Source: Gemmatimonadota bacterium (lineage in GTDB: Bacteria; Gemmatimonadota; Gemmatimonadetes; Gemmatimonadales; GWC2-71-9). Taken from it: 64,000 nt of DNA. Below are positions 9,155 to 19,728 of this stretch, in pieces. The stretch spans positions 128,001 to 192,000 of the forward strand of contig JBDHAB010000002.1 of assembly GCA_039588295.1 (NCBI GenBank). Direction: 5' to 3'. Both the position numbers and the translations under genes were made by a program. Numbering within the stretch: position 1 is the stretch's first letter; every line of letters starts with the position of its first letter. The notes beneath the pieces were generated by a model. That model saw only the letters and a list, made by a program, of their open reading frames with translations. It made no database searches and was not told the DNA's origin.

Positions 9155-9652
9155 ATGAATGATCAGATTATGGACGGGCGTACGCCGGCTGAAGAGGATC
9201 CGGCACTTCACCGATACCTGGTGATGCTGCCCGCGGTGCAGCCAACTTCGGGTTTTGAAGACCGGGTCCTCTCGCGCGTTTGGCGGCCGTACCCCCAGTG
9301 GCACCGACGGGTGAGTGCCGCCGGCCTGACGCTGGTCGAGACCGGGGAGATCTGGTTTTGGGTCGGTGCGCTGGCATTGGGCAGCATCCTCCCCCTTGTG
9401 GCGGGGGTCACACTGACGGCGACGTTCTCGGCGGAGATCGGCTCCGGTATCGCGTGGCTGGTCGAGGAGGGAATCCCATCGGTGTGGGCGGCGGCGTCCG
9501 CAGATGTGATGCAACAGTTCGAGTCCCTGGCGACACGCGTGAGCGCCACGGGCCTCGATGGTCGCGCCCTCGGCGCAGTCGGCCTCGGGTGCGTCACAGT
9601 CCTCGCGGGATGCGCGGTCGGACTTCGTCGGACCATAACTCGGTCGCGGTGA
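9155..9652 (+). CDS. Putative membrane-bound anti-sigma factor
   Basis: Follows the ECF gene; short cytoplasmic PTSGFEDRVLSRV segment then TM helices; start uncertain (9116-9170). Confidence 0.65.
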   Translation: MNDQIMDGRTPAEEDPALHRYLVMLPAVQPTSGFEDRVLSRVWRPYPQWHRRVSAAGLTLVETGEIWFWVGALALGSILPLVAGVTLTATFSAEIGSGIAWLVEEGIPSVWAAASADVMQQFESLATRVSATGLDGRALGAVGLGCVTVLAGCAVGLRRTITRSR

Positions 9653-9664
9653 GGCAAAGACGAG

Positions 9665-10867
9665 ATGAGAGTGATCAAGCGGTTCGGCACGGTGGCTTCG
9701 ATACTCGCGATGACGTTGATGGTCGCGAGCGCGGCAGTGCTGCAGGCGCAAGTGGTGGTGGGTCATTCGTCCGAACGGTCCGGCGACGACGTCGTCCTCC
9801 GATTCGACCTCGCGGACGGAGAGCAACTCAGCATCACGCTGCAGGACGGGAAGGTCTTGCTGAACGGTGTCGAGGTCGGCGCGTACGCGCGCGGCAGCGA
9901 GTTCGCGGAATCCTGGGGGACCCTCGCCGACGAGGCCAGCGCGCTCTCGACCAATCAGCTCCTGGAATCCGTCCAGCAACTGAAGCTCCTCGAGGCCAAC
10001 GAGGCGCAGATCGCGGTCAGCCAAGCCCTTGCGGAACTGAAGGCGGCGCAAGCCGTCGTGACCGATGTGGCGATCGCCAGTGAGGCGAGGGGCACGGGAA
10101 TCTCAATCGCGGTCGACGAACCGGTACGGCAGATCATTTCTCGGTTAGAGCGCATCCCAACCCCAGGTACGTTCGTCGTTCAGGAAGCCGAAGGCTCGAG
10201 CTCGTTCGTTTCCGGTGTGCTGGTTGGCGCCACGAACCTCCTCGCCATGTACATCGCGCTGGCGTTCATGGGTCTCGGATTCCTGTTCTTCGCACCTCAC
10301 CAGTTGGAGACCGTCTCCGATACGGTGTGGCACTCGTTCGGGCGCTCGTTCCTTGCGGGTCTCTTCGCGCAACCGCTGCTGCTCCCGGTGTTCGGGATGA
10401 TGGTGGTCGGTCTCGTACTCACGGTCGTCGGCGTGCTGGTGTTGCCGTTCGCGATCCTGGGCTTCGCCGCAGCGTTGTTGCTTGCGGCCGCCGGGGGGTT
10501 CATTGCGGTGGCGCGGGGCGTCGGCGAGATCTACCTGCGGCGGAAGATGGCACGTGGGGATGCGGTCAACACCTGGGGGTCCTTCCGCTATATCGTCTAC
10601 GGCCTCCTCGGTGTGCTGGCTATCTGGCTCCCGGTGATCCTGCTCGGATGGATCCCCGTGGCGGGCAACCTCCTCATGGTGGCCGCCGGGCTCACAACCT
10701 GGATTCTGGCCACGGCCGGATTCGGGGCAACGATCATCTCGCGAGCCGGACTCCGCGGCACCTTCGTGCGACAGATGGACCTGGCGCTCACCGACGAGCA
10801 GTACTGGACGGCAGACCAGATGCCGGTGCCGCCACACCGACGCCAGGTCCCCCGATCGGGTCTATGA
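9665..10867 (+). CDS. Signal-peptide-bearing multi-pass membrane protein (envelope-stress operon)
   Basis: N-terminal signal, soluble domain, about 5-6 C-terminal TM helices. Confidence 0.75.
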   Translation: MRVIKRFGTVASILAMTLMVASAAVLQAQVVVGHSSERSGDDVVLRFDLADGEQLSITLQDGKVLLNGVEVGAYARGSEFAESWGTLADEASALSTNQLLESVQQLKLLEANEAQIAVSQALAELKAAQAVVTDVAIASEARGTGISIAVDEPVRQIISRLERIPTPGTFVVQEAEGSSSFVSGVLVGATNLLAMYIALAFMGLGFLFFAPHQLETVSDTVWHSFGRSFLAGLFAQPLLLPVFGMMVVGLVLTVVGVLVLPFAILGFAAALLLAAAGGFIAVARGVGEIYLRRKMARGDAVNTWGSFRYIVYGLLGVLAIWLPVILLGWIPVAGNLLMVAAGLTTWILATAGFGATIISRAGLRGTFVRQMDLALTDEQYWTADQMPVPPHRRQVPRSGL

Positions 10868-11730
10868 GGCGAGCGTTCCCTGCTGCCGCGACGCTGGCGG
10901 CCGCAATGCTCACAATCCCCGCTCTGGCAGTTGCCCAGTCGTGGCGCACAGCGACGACGTCACGACTGCCGCGTGGTGAACACCAGCTCCGGGTCGAGGT
11001 GGCATTCGCGGCGGGAACCTTCCGACTCCATCCGGGGGAGGCCGATCGACTGTACCATGCGGCGGTGCGGTATGACGAGGAGCATTTTGCGTCGACCACG
11101 ACGTACGACGCAGAGCACGGCCGCCTGGTGATCGAGGTGAAGCCCGCGGGCGGCCTCAACGATCTCGACCTGGATCACGACGCTCCCCAGTTTCTCGAGG
11201 TCGCCCTCACCCCGGCGGTACCCCTCGCCCTCAAGCTTGGCTTTGGCGCGGCGGAGGCCGAGATCGAACTGGGCGGACTATCGTTGCGTCGGGCGGAGGT
11301 GGAAACCGGCGCGAGCAAGAGCACCGTGGCATTCAGTCAGCCCAACCGCACGGTGTGCGAGCGACTCGAGGTAGCCGTCGGCGCCGCGGAGCTCAGCATG
11401 GCGGGCTTGGGGAACGCCCGGTGCGAACACATCGAGGTCGCCGCTGGCGCCGGGAGCGTGACGCTGGATTTCGGCGGTTCGTGGAAACCGGGATTCGCCA
11501 CGCGGGCGCAGGCGACGATGGGCTTCGGCGCGTTGACGTTGCGACTGCCGGAAGGGCTCGGTGTGGAAATCAACCTCAAGCGACTGTTCGCGAGCTTCCA
11601 GCCCGAAGGGTTCGTGAAGCGCGGATCACGCTACCTGTCGGCGAATTACGACGACGCGTCGTCGAAGCTGGTGCTGGAGATCGAGGCGGTCATTGGAGAC
11701 ATCAACGTCGAGTGGGTCCCCACCCGCTAG
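10864..11730 (+). CDS. Secreted LiaF/LiaG-like toast-rack beta-solenoid protein
   Basis: Repeated GAA/GAG/GFG beta motifs, signal peptide; ATG overlaps the upstream stop. Confidence 0.7.
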   Translation: MRRAFPAAATLAAAMLTIPALAVAQSWRTATTSRLPRGEHQLRVEVAFAAGTFRLHPGEADRLYHAAVRYDEEHFASTTTYDAEHGRLVIEVKPAGGLNDLDLDHDAPQFLEVALTPAVPLALKLGFGAAEAEIELGGLSLRRAEVETGASKSTVAFSQPNRTVCERLEVAVGAAELSMAGLGNARCEHIEVAAGAGSVTLDFGGSWKPGFATRAQATMGFGALTLRLPEGLGVEINLKRLFASFQPEGFVKRGSRYLSANYDDASSKLVLEIEAVIGDINVEWVPTR

Positions 11731-11736
11731 CCTCGG

Positions 11737-12513
11737 TCAGGATCGCCGCACCCGCACCTCCGCGCCAACTCCAACACCTGCCAATTGCGCCGCCGATCGG
11801 TTCCGGGCTGCAATCTCCAGCGTGCCACCCGACCCAGCAAAGGCCACCAACGCTCCCGGTTCGACATCACTGAAGGTCTGACCCGTCTGGGCTACGTGCT
11901 CACCGCCGATCACCACGGCCCCGGACCCGGACACCACGTTAGACGGGATGTTGGTGATCAGCGTGCCAAACCGGTCCACGTATACCACGACGCCGATCAC
12001 GGTGTTGCCGTCTACGCAGATGCCCTGCGGCGTGAGCTGCACTGGATCGACGACCGCGCGGCCCAACTGCTCGAAGTCCTCACCACTTGCCAGCTGTGCT
12101 GCTGCGGGCGCGAACACGTCACGCCCGTGGAAGGTCGCGGACGCACCCGGCGGAATGGAGAGTTCCACTGCGTTCGCCCCTTCCAGCACCGGAGAGAGCA
12201 GTCCGTTGTCGGGCCCGACGAAATAGTGCCTCCCGCTTGCGACGGCCAGTGCACGGCGCGACGACCCCACACCCGGATCGACGACCGCCAGATGGACGGT
12301 GCCTTCGGGAAACCGGTGCCAGGCGCGCTCCAACACGTAGGCCGCCGCCGAAAGATCTCCCGGAGGAATGTCATGTGTGACGTCGATCAGCCTGGCCTGC
12401 GGGGCTGCGTTGACGAGCACTGCCTTCATCTCCGCGACATAGCTGTCGGAGTGCCCGAAATCGGTGAGCAGGGTGACTACGGGAGGCACGGGGAGCACGC
12501 TGACCTCTGGCAC
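11737..12513 (-). CDS. SAM hydroxide adenosyltransferase (DUF62 family)
   Basis: LLTDFG, VVDPGVG, GPDNG, TFHGRDVFAP and DRFG motifs. Confidence 0.92.
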   Translation of the reverse strand: MPEVSVLPVPPVVTLLTDFGHSDSYVAEMKAVLVNAAPQARLIDVTHDIPPGDLSAAAYVLERAWHRFPEGTVHLAVVDPGVGSSRRALAVASGRHYFVGPDNGLLSPVLEGANAVELSIPPGASATFHGRDVFAPAAAQLASGEDFEQLGRAVVDPVQLTPQGICVDGNTVIGVVVYVDRFGTLITNIPSNVVSGSGAVVIGGEHVAQTGQTFSDVEPGALVAFAGSGGTLEIAARNRSAAQLAGVGVGAEVRVRRS

Positions 12514-12530
12514 CAGATGCCCGTGTCAGG

Positions 12531-13631
12531 TTACCCGGTGATGATGGGCAACGACACGCTCTTGCCACCTGCCTTGTCCACCACGGCCTCGGCAATACCA
12601 GCCAACGCCACTCCGGCCGGCGAGTCCGGATGTTCGGCAACAACCAGCCGTCCGCGATCTGCTTCACCGGCAAGCTCGGCCTGGAGCGGGACCTGGCCGA
12701 GCAGCGGCACGCCGAGCTCGGTCGCGAGCAGCTGCCCTCCCTCACCGGGAAAGACGTCGCTCCGTTCCTCGCAGTGCGGGCACACGAAGTAGCTCATGTT
12801 TTCCACGACGCCGATGACCGGGACGCCGACGCGCTCAAACATCTTCCCTCCGCGCAACGCGTCCCCCCACGCCATCTCCTGCGGGGTCGTGACGATAATC
12901 CCGCCGCGCATGTGCACGGCCTGTGCCAATGAGAGCTGTGCGTCGCCCGTACCGGGCGGCAAGTCGACAATGAAGTAGTCGAGCCGACCCCAGTCGACGT
13001 CCTGCAGGAACTGATTGATGATCTTGGTGACGATCGGCCCCCGCCAGATCGCTGGCATGTCACGTTCCACGAGGAACCCGAGCGACATCAGCTTCACGCC
13101 GTTCCGTTCGAGAGGAACGATCCGGTTGCCACGGATCGGCGGGCGTTCGTTGACGCCGAAGAGTCTGGGGATGTTGGGTCCATAGATGTCGGCATCCATG
13201 ATGCCGACCTGGTGGCCGGTCTTGGCCAACTGCGCCGCGAGGTTCGCGGCGACGGTCGACTTCCCGACCCCTCCTTTGCCGCTCGAGACTGCCAGGATCA
13301 CCCCGAGCTCGGCAAGCTCCACCGGCTGAGGCGCCGGGGTCGCTGCCACGGCACTCTGCGGCCCAGGGGACGGAGCGGATCGCGGCGGCGCCGGTTCGAC
13401 GACGTTGATCTTGACCTCGCGCACACCAGCGACCTCCCGCACCGCCCCACGTGCCTCGCGTACCAGACCCGCAGGGTCGTCACGAGACAGCGCAAAGGTG
13501 AACGCCACCTGTCCGTCATCATGGACGACCAGGTCCTGCACCATCCCGGCCGAGATCACGTCGTTGTCGACCCGGGGATTGCGCACGTTGGTCAGTGCCC
13601 CGGCAACTCGCGCTTGGAGTTCTCGCGTCAT
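12531..13631 (-). CDS. mrp: Mrp/ApbC Fe-S cluster carrier ATPase
   Basis: SGKGGVGKST, DADIYGP, WRGP, DLPPGTGD, ENMS..CPHC. Confidence 0.95.
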   Translation of the reverse strand: MTRELQARVAGALTNVRNPRVDNDVISAGMVQDLVVHDDGQVAFTFALSRDDPAGLVREARGAVREVAGVREVKINVVEPAPPRSAPSPGPQSAVAATPAPQPVELAELGVILAVSSGKGGVGKSTVAANLAAQLAKTGHQVGIMDADIYGPNIPRLFGVNERPPIRGNRIVPLERNGVKLMSLGFLVERDMPAIWRGPIVTKIINQFLQDVDWGRLDYFIVDLPPGTGDAQLSLAQAVHMRGGIIVTTPQEMAWGDALRGGKMFERVGVPVIGVVENMSYFVCPHCEERSDVFPGEGGQLLATELGVPLLGQVPLQAELAGEADRGRLVVAEHPDSPAGVALAGIAEAVVDKAGGKSVSLPIITG

Positions 13632-13643
13632 AGTGCCCGAATG

Positions 13644-14699
13644 TTAGACGGGGCCCTGAGCCGGAGCAACCGACCGCGCGACCGCGAGTACGCGAGCCCG
13701 TACCTCATCGAGTGTGCCTTCGAACGACGCCCCGGCAGCCCTGCGGTGCCCACCGCCACCGAACTGCTCGGCGAGCTGGGCTACATCCACCGCACCAACC
13801 GACCGAAACGAGACCTTGATCCGTCCGTTCGCGAGCTCGCGGAACAGAATCGCGAGCTCGACCCCACGGACGGACCGGGCGAACTCCACCACGCCTTCCA
13901 ACTCGTCGGCGTCCACTCGATGACGCTCGAGCGCCCCGGTCGGAACCGTGACCCATGCAAGCCGAACCTCCGGCTCCACCACGAGGGTGTCCAGTACCTC
14001 CGAGAGCAGCCGGAGCTTGCCTTCCGACTCGTTGGCATAGAGCGAGCTGTAGATGTGCTCGGGATCCAACCCGTGCTCCAGCAGATCAGCAGCTATCCGC
14101 AGCGCACGCGGCGTCGTGTTGCTGTAGCGAAACCCACCGGTGTCCGTCATGATGGCCACGTAGAGACCGCGCGCTACGGTCTCGTCGAGCTCCCATCGGG
14201 CCACGCGCGCGAGGTCGTACACCAACTCGCCGGTGGCACACGCGGATGCATCCACCAACCGCGGCCCATCCGGCAGCGTGCCGTCGCTGGTGTGGTGGTC
14301 GATGCACGCAACCGGCACGCCCCGCTGACGCACGACACGACCGAGGTGCCCCAGCCGACTCAGGTCCGCGATGTCCAGCACGACGATCGCGTCGACCCGC
14401 TCCAGCTGTTTGACGGCGTCGCGCGACTTGTCCGCCGACGCCTCTCCGGCCAGCAGAAACCGGAACCGTGTCGGGAACGGGGTGGGGTTGGTGATGACTG
14501 TGTGGATTCCGCGTTGCGTCAGGAGCCGCCAGAGCGCAATCTCGCTTCCGGATCCGTCGCCGTCGGCGTTCACATGGGTGGTGAGCGCGACACGCATGCC
14601 TGGCCTGATCATGTCCAGGAGCTGTCTCGCCGCTCGGCGACGTGCCGCGGGCACACGCAGTCCACGAGAGGGTACCGAAGAGGAAGCGTCTGGCGCCAT
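13644..14699 (-). CDS. nrnA: DHH/DHHA1 oligoribonuclease/pAp phosphatase
   Basis: HVNADGD, IDHH, TDTGGF and GGGGH motifs. Confidence 0.9.
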   Translation of the reverse strand: MAPDASSSVPSRGLRVPAARRRAARQLLDMIRPGMRVALTTHVNADGDGSGSEIALWRLLTQRGIHTVITNPTPFPTRFRFLLAGEASADKSRDAVKQLERVDAIVVLDIADLSRLGHLGRVVRQRGVPVACIDHHTSDGTLPDGPRLVDASACATGELVYDLARVARWELDETVARGLYVAIMTDTGGFRYSNTTPRALRIAADLLEHGLDPEHIYSSLYANESEGKLRLLSEVLDTLVVEPEVRLAWVTVPTGALERHRVDADELEGVVEFARSVRGVELAILFRELANGRIKVSFRSVGAVDVAQLAEQFGGGGHRRAAGASFEGTLDEVRARVLAVARSVAPAQGPV

Positions 14700-14811
14700 T
14701 GCTCAACAAAGTAAGGGAGGCAGGCCGGGAAACGAAGCACCCCGCTCAGGCTTGCTCGATCCGGTCCGACGGGCCCATCTTGTCACCTCTCCCGAATTCT
14801 ACAGGAGCCCC

Positions 14812-16572
14812 ATGGAAACGCTTGAACGCGTTGTCAACACGCTGAACGTCTGGGTGTGGCAGAAGGGCATTCCCGCCGGGGTCGACGTCGTTCCGTTCGT
14901 CGTGATCGCGCTCATGGGCACCGGGTTGTTCCTCACCCTCCGGCTCAAGTTCATCCAGCTCCGGCATCTGGGACACGGCTTCGCCGTCACATCCGGCAAG
15001 TACGATGACCCAAACGAACCGGGTGACGTGCCCCACTTCCAGGCGCTCACCACGGCGCTCTCGGCGACGGTGGGGATCGGGAACATTGCAGGCGTGGCGA
15101 TCGCGATTCACTGGGGCGGCCCGGGGGCGCTGTTCTGGATGTGGATGACGGCACTGCTGGGCATGGCCACGAAATACTCCGAGGTGACCCTTGCGCAGCA
15201 CTATCGTCACACGGAGGATCCGGATGCCGGACGGCTCCAGGGGACGGTGTCGGGCGGTCCCATGTACTACATCGAGCGTGGGCTCGGGCCGGGATGGAAA
15301 CCGCTCGCGGTGTTCTTTGCATTGATGCTCGGCTTCACCGCGTTTCTCACCGGTAACGCGGTGCAGGCCAATACCGTAGCCGACACGATGCAGACCACGT
15401 TCAGCGTTCCGAAGTGGACGACCGGGCTCATCACCGCCAGTATCGTTGCGGCAGTCGTGCTCGGGGGCATCCGACGGATCGGGAGAGTCACCAGCATTCT
15501 CGCACCGGTCATGGCTGCCATTTACGCGGTGGGTGCCATCACCATCATCCTGCTCCACTTCGAGTGGTTCCTACCCAGTGTTGCGACGATCTTCCGCGAG
15601 GCGTTCAACCCCACCGCCGGGGTTGCCGGTGTCGGCATGGGAGCGCTCCTGCTCACGATGATGTGGGGGGTACGGCGGGGACTCTTCTCCAATGAAGCCG
15701 GTCAGGGATCGGCGCCCATCGCCCACGCTGCAGCCAAGACCGACGAGCCCGTGTCCGAGGGCGTCGTCGCGCTACTCGAGCCGTTCATCGACACCCTGGT
15801 CATCTGTACGATGACCGGACTCGTCATCATCATGACCGGTGTGTGGGACGATCGCCATCCGACCGAGATCACGTTGACCGGCGGCGATCTCTCCTACGTG
15901 TCGTATAACGACGACGGGTTCCGCGAGCCCGTAGATCCCGTACCCGAGGAGATCCGGTTCGTCGACGGTCGCCACGTCGAGACCAGTGCCGACGTCCCGC
16001 TGATTGCATGGCACGAGGTGGAGCTCGAGCGCCTCTACGTGGACGCAGACCAGACCGTTCCGTTCACGGGGGTCGTGCGACCTGCAAGTGGGCGGGTCGA
16101 CGGTATCGCCGTTTCAGCAGACGGACAGAACTACCCCTCGCTGTACGCGGACGCCGTCGAGAGCGGTGCACCGCTCACGATGGTGGGCTTCCAGCGTGGG
16201 CTGCCGGGAGAATGGGGCAAATACATCGTCTTGTTGAGCGTGCTGCTCTTCGCCGTCTCCACGGCGATCTCGTGGAGCTATTACGGGGACCGGTGCGCCA
16301 ACTACCTGTTCGGCCCGCTGGCGATTCTCCCCTACAAGGTGGTGTTCGTCGGCATGCACTTCTTCGGTGCCATGGTGTCGCTGAACGTGATCTGGCTGAT
16401 GGGAGACGTGGCGCTCGGTATCGTGATCCTTCCCAACCTGCTCGCGCTCATCCTGTTGTCAGGGAAGGTGAAGGCGCTGACAGACAGCTACTTCCAGCGC
16501 AAGCCGTGGGTCGAGAACTATGAGCTCCGGCAGCGCCACAAGGCGGAAGAGGGGCGGCGACCGTCGGGGTAA
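14812..16572 (+). CDS. Alanine/glycine:cation symporter (AGCS)
   Basis: ATVGIGNIAGVA, GGPGALFWMW, RGLFSNEAGQGS, EPFIDTLVIC; RBS AGGAG before ATG 14812. Confidence 0.93.
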   Translation: METLERVVNTLNVWVWQKGIPAGVDVVPFVVIALMGTGLFLTLRLKFIQLRHLGHGFAVTSGKYDDPNEPGDVPHFQALTTALSATVGIGNIAGVAIAIHWGGPGALFWMWMTALLGMATKYSEVTLAQHYRHTEDPDAGRLQGTVSGGPMYYIERGLGPGWKPLAVFFALMLGFTAFLTGNAVQANTVADTMQTTFSVPKWTTGLITASIVAAVVLGGIRRIGRVTSILAPVMAAIYAVGAITIILLHFEWFLPSVATIFREAFNPTAGVAGVGMGALLLTMMWGVRRGLFSNEAGQGSAPIAHAAAKTDEPVSEGVVALLEPFIDTLVICTMTGLVIIMTGVWDDRHPTEITLTGGDLSYVSYNDDGFREPVDPVPEEIRFVDGRHVETSADVPLIAWHEVELERLYVDADQTVPFTGVVRPASGRVDGIAVSADGQNYPSLYADAVESGAPLTMVGFQRGLPGEWGKYIVLLSVLLFAVSTAISWSYYGDRCANYLFGPLAILPYKVVFVGMHFFGAMVSLNVIWLMGDVALGIVILPNLLALILLSGKVKALTDSYFQRKPWVENYELRQRHKAEEGRRPSG

Positions 16573-16664
16573 GCCGGGTGTCGAGGTGATGGGTGCGAGT
16601 GACAGGGGTGGGTGATCGGGAATGGGCGTAAGCCATGCGCGCCCCCCTCGAAGTTGCCCGTTCG

Positions 16665-18119
16665 TCATAGCGAGTAGTTCGGAGCTTCCCTGGTAATCAC
16701 CACATCGTGCGGGTGTGACTCACGGAGACCCGCCGCCGTGATCTGGATGGTCACGGTATCGGAGCGAAGCTGGTCGATCGTGGCACACCCACAGTACCCC
16801 ATGCCGCTCCGGATCCCGCCCGCCACCTGGTAGATCACGTCCCCCACCGGCCCTCGGTACGGCACCCTCCCTTCAATGCCTTCCGGAACGAGCTTCCGTG
16901 CCGAGATCTCGCCCTCCTGGAAGTATCGATCGGCCGACCCATCCTGCATCGCACTCAACGAACCCATACCGCGGATCGTCTTGAACCGACGGCCCTCGAG
17001 CAGGAAGCTCTCGCCGGGACTCTCGTCGGTTCCTGCCAGCATCGATCCCAGCATGACGCTCGACGCGCCTGCTGCGAGCGCCTTGACCGCATCCCCCGAG
17101 TACTTGACGCCGCCATCCGCGATGAGCGGCACGCCACCCGCCCCTCGAAGGGCGTCGATGATCGCGGTGATCTGCGGTACGCCAACTCCCGTCACCACCC
17201 GGGTCGTGCAGATCGAGCCGGGTCCAATGCCCACCTTGACCGCATCCACGCCGCGGTCGACCAGTGCCCGTGCACCCTCTTCGGTGGCCACGTTGCCACC
17301 CACGAGCTGCGCTTCCGGATAGGCCTCCCGCACGACCGCAATCGCCTCGAGCACGCCTAGCGAGTGCCCATGCGCTGAATCGATGACAATCGCGTCCGCA
17401 CCCGCATCGAGGAGAGCCCCGGCACGCGCTTTGGAATCACTGCCGACCCCGACGGCCGCGGCCACGCGCAGGCGGCCGTGCTCGTCCTTGTTCGCGTCCG
17501 GAAACTGTCGCCGCTTGATGATGTCCTTGACCGTGATGAGCCCCTGGAGAATGCCACGGTCATCCACCACCGGGAGCTTCTCGATGCGGTGCTCGCCCAA
17601 AATGCGTTCTGCCTCGTCGAGCGTCGTACCGACGGGCGCGGTTATCAGCCGGTCCTTCGTCATCGCCTCGTGCACGGGTCGATCGAGGTTGGGCTCGAAT
17701 TGGAGGTCTCGATTCGTGATGATCCCAACCAGACGGCCGTGTTCATCCACGATCGGCACACCCGAGATCTTGAACCGACCCATGAGGCCCGCTGCCTCAC
17801 GAATCGTGCGGTCAGGTCCGAGGGTGATTGGATTGCGGATCATCCCGCTCTCGGACCGCTTCACACGATCCACTTCTCCCGCCTGCCGGTCGATCTGCAT
17901 GTTCTTGTGAATGACGCCGATGCCACCGAACCGCGCCATCGCGATGGCCATGTTGGCTTCCGTAACCGTGTCCATGGCCGCGGAGATCAGCGGCACATTC
18001 AGCGGGATACTCCGTGTGAATCGGCTGCTGACGCTCACACCGCGGGGGTGCACCGTCGCGTGACGCGGCACTAAGAGGACATCGTCGAAGGTCAAACCGA
18101 AGTCTGAGCGGAGATTCAT
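16665..18119 (-). CDS. guaB: IMP dehydrogenase
   Basis: [18 protein letters not shown] pair, [23 protein letters not shown]. Confidence 0.98.
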   Translation of the reverse strand: MNLRSDFGLTFDDVLLVPRHATVHPRGVSVSSRFTRSIPLNVPLISAAMDTVTEANMAIAMARFGGIGVIHKNMQIDRQAGEVDRVKRSESGMIRNPITLGPDRTIREAAGLMGRFKISGVPIVDEHGRLVGIITNRDLQFEPNLDRPVHEAMTKDRLITAPVGTTLDEAERILGEHRIEKLPVVDDRGILQGLITVKDIIKRRQFPDANKDEHGRLRVAAAVGVGSDSKARAGALLDAGADAIVIDSAHGHSLGVLEAIAVVREAYPEAQLVGGNVATEEGARALVDRGVDAVKVGIGPGSICTTRVVTGVGVPQITAIIDALRGAGGVPLIADGGVKYSGDAVKALAAGASSVMLGSMLAGTDESPGESFLLEGRRFKTIRGMGSLSAMQDGSADRYFQEGEISARKLVPEGIEGRVPYRGPVGDVIYQVAGGIRSGMGYCGCATIDQLRSDTVTIQITAAGLRESHPHDVVITREAPNYSL

Positions 18120-18145
18120 CGCAGTGCCTTAGGCTATATGCACAA

Positions 18146-18178
18146 AGACCCGCCGCGCCTGAAAGGCGTAGCGGGTCT
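18146..18178 (-). terminator. Stem-loop, probable intrinsic terminator or attenuator upstream of guaB
   Basis: Minus strand AGACCCGC-T-ACGCCT-TTC-AGGCGC-G-GCGGGTCT followed by TTGT. Confidence 0.55.
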
Positions 18179-18236
18179 CGTTTGGGCCCGAACTACCGTT
18201 TCCATGAAAGAAGGTAGCCGGCGGCCCTTCCCTCGG

Positions 18237-18629
18237 TCAAGGCGACGGAGGCGTCTCCTCCTCTTCTTGTGTGGCGGCCGGTGACTCCGGCTCCGACTCG
18301 GTGTCGGCGGCGTCCTTCCCACCGGATCCGTTGCCCGCTTCCGGCTGCAGCTCTTCCGCAACTACCCGACTGGCGGCAGCCAGTCCGTCCATGAGCTTGC
18401 CCGCTGTCTCCATCACCTGTGCCGCCCCTTTGGTGGCGACATCGGTGATACTGACGCTGCCGAACTTGTCTTCGAGACTCTCGGTGAGCTTCTGTACCGG
18501 AGACGGCGCACGGCGGCTTCGATTGTGTTTGGACTCCAAGAACTCGAGATAGTCCAACAGCTGCCTACCCATTTCATCCGACAGCGCGTCCAGTCTTCCA
18601 GTGATCTTCGCGCGTAGGTTCTCGTTCAT
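18237..18629 (-). CDS. Hypothetical protein (DUF2281-like N-terminus)
   Basis: LDALSDE..QLLDYLEFLESK motif, acidic tail. Confidence 0.7.
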   Translation of the reverse strand: MNENLRAKITGRLDALSDEMGRQLLDYLEFLESKHNRSRRAPSPVQKLTESLEDKFGSVSITDVATKGAAQVMETAGKLMDGLAAASRVVAEELQPEAGNGSGGKDAADTESEPESPAATQEEEETPPSP

Positions 18630-18639
18630 CGCTTCCGCC

Positions 18640-19689
18640 TCACGGCTGCCTGACGGCGGCCTCAACAAGTGTCAGCACCGGATTGCCAAGATAGTGGGAG
18701 CGTCCCGTACGGACCCGCCCGACGATCACCAATTCGCTCAGTGCCGGTAGGCGCGAGAGCTGCTCCACCTGCTCCTCGTTCAGAATCACGTAGACGAATC
18801 CTGACTCCGGCAGCGGCCCGCGCGCTAGCATGTATCGGCGTCCCTCCGGGATGTCGCGCCGGATCTCGTCGGCATCCTGAATCGCAATGTACTGTACGAC
18901 CCACTGCACCAACTTGTTTCGAAACTCCTCCGACCGCGCTCGGATTTCGGCCCCGCTCACCCCCACGAGCACCTCCGGTGTGCCGGATTCCAGATCGCGC
19001 TCCCGCACCCATCCTTCCATCTGCACCCGCACCCACTCTCCCGACCGTGCCAGCACACGCACTGCGGCGCCGGCGCGAAGGGCACCCGTCGTGTCACCGT
19101 CCGGCGTCCGATAGAGCGTCGCGGCCGCCGCTGTCACGGCCCGATCGAGATAGGAACCCCCGGTCTCGGTCGGCGCTTCCTCTGCCTGGGGGGGCCGGCT
19201 CGGGGCGCCGGGTCGGGTACCGGGCGAAGCCCCCACCGGCTCGAGCGATCCTCGAAACATCCAGCCGCTTCGTTGCACATGCACCCAAGCCGGTCGACGG
19301 TCGAGCTCAAAGAGCAGCGCCCCGGAGGCCAGCTGAGCTACGATCCGACCATTGGGCTCAACCCGGAGGTTCTCCCCCGCACGAGCGGCGACGGTGAGAT
19401 CGAAGCCGTCACGCTCCGTCGAATCGAGCGATCGCGCCCACATCCAACCTTCGAGCGTGACATGCACCCACCGGCCAAAGACCGAATCGGCCGCGACCTC
19501 CGACCCGGCATTGACCGTCGCCAGCCGAGTAGCCCGTCCGGTCGGCTCCCGGCGGAAGTTCTCGGTGGTGATCACGCGATACCGGTCCTGCGCGACGAGC
19601 GGGGTGGGCCCAGCGAACACAACAGCGACCGCAACCAGCACGCAGGCTGGTAGGGCCGCTGGGACGTGGCTACATTGCCTCATTCTCAT
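18640..19689 (-). CDS. Secreted protein with tandem SH3-like domains
   Basis: Signal peptide; repeated ENFRxEP/ENLRxEP...WVxV..GW motifs. Confidence 0.75.
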   Translation of the reverse strand: MRMRQCSHVPAALPACVLVAVAVVFAGPTPLVAQDRYRVITTENFRREPTGRATRLATVNAGSEVAADSVFGRWVHVTLEGWMWARSLDSTERDGFDLTVAARAGENLRVEPNGRIVAQLASGALLFELDRRPAWVHVQRSGWMFRGSLEPVGASPGTRPGAPSRPPQAEEAPTETGGSYLDRAVTAAAATLYRTPDGDTTGALRAGAAVRVLARSGEWVRVQMEGWVRERDLESGTPEVLVGVSGAEIRARSEEFRNKLVQWVVQYIAIQDADEIRRDIPEGRRYMLARGPLPESGFVYVILNEEQVEQLSRLPALSELVIVGRVRTGRSHYLGNPVLTLVEAAVRQP

Positions 19690-19728
19690 TCTCGGTTCTC
19701 GAGAGGATTGTAGGAGCGCCTGCGTTTC

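Noticed and set aside
11737..12513. Fluorinase/chlorinase
   Set aside because: The TFHGRD motif matches the SAM hydrolase (DUF62) type and the context is housekeeping
13212..14714. 500-aa plus-strand ORF and similar long antisense ORFs
   Set aside because: Antisense shadows of well-supported genes, common in high-GC DNA
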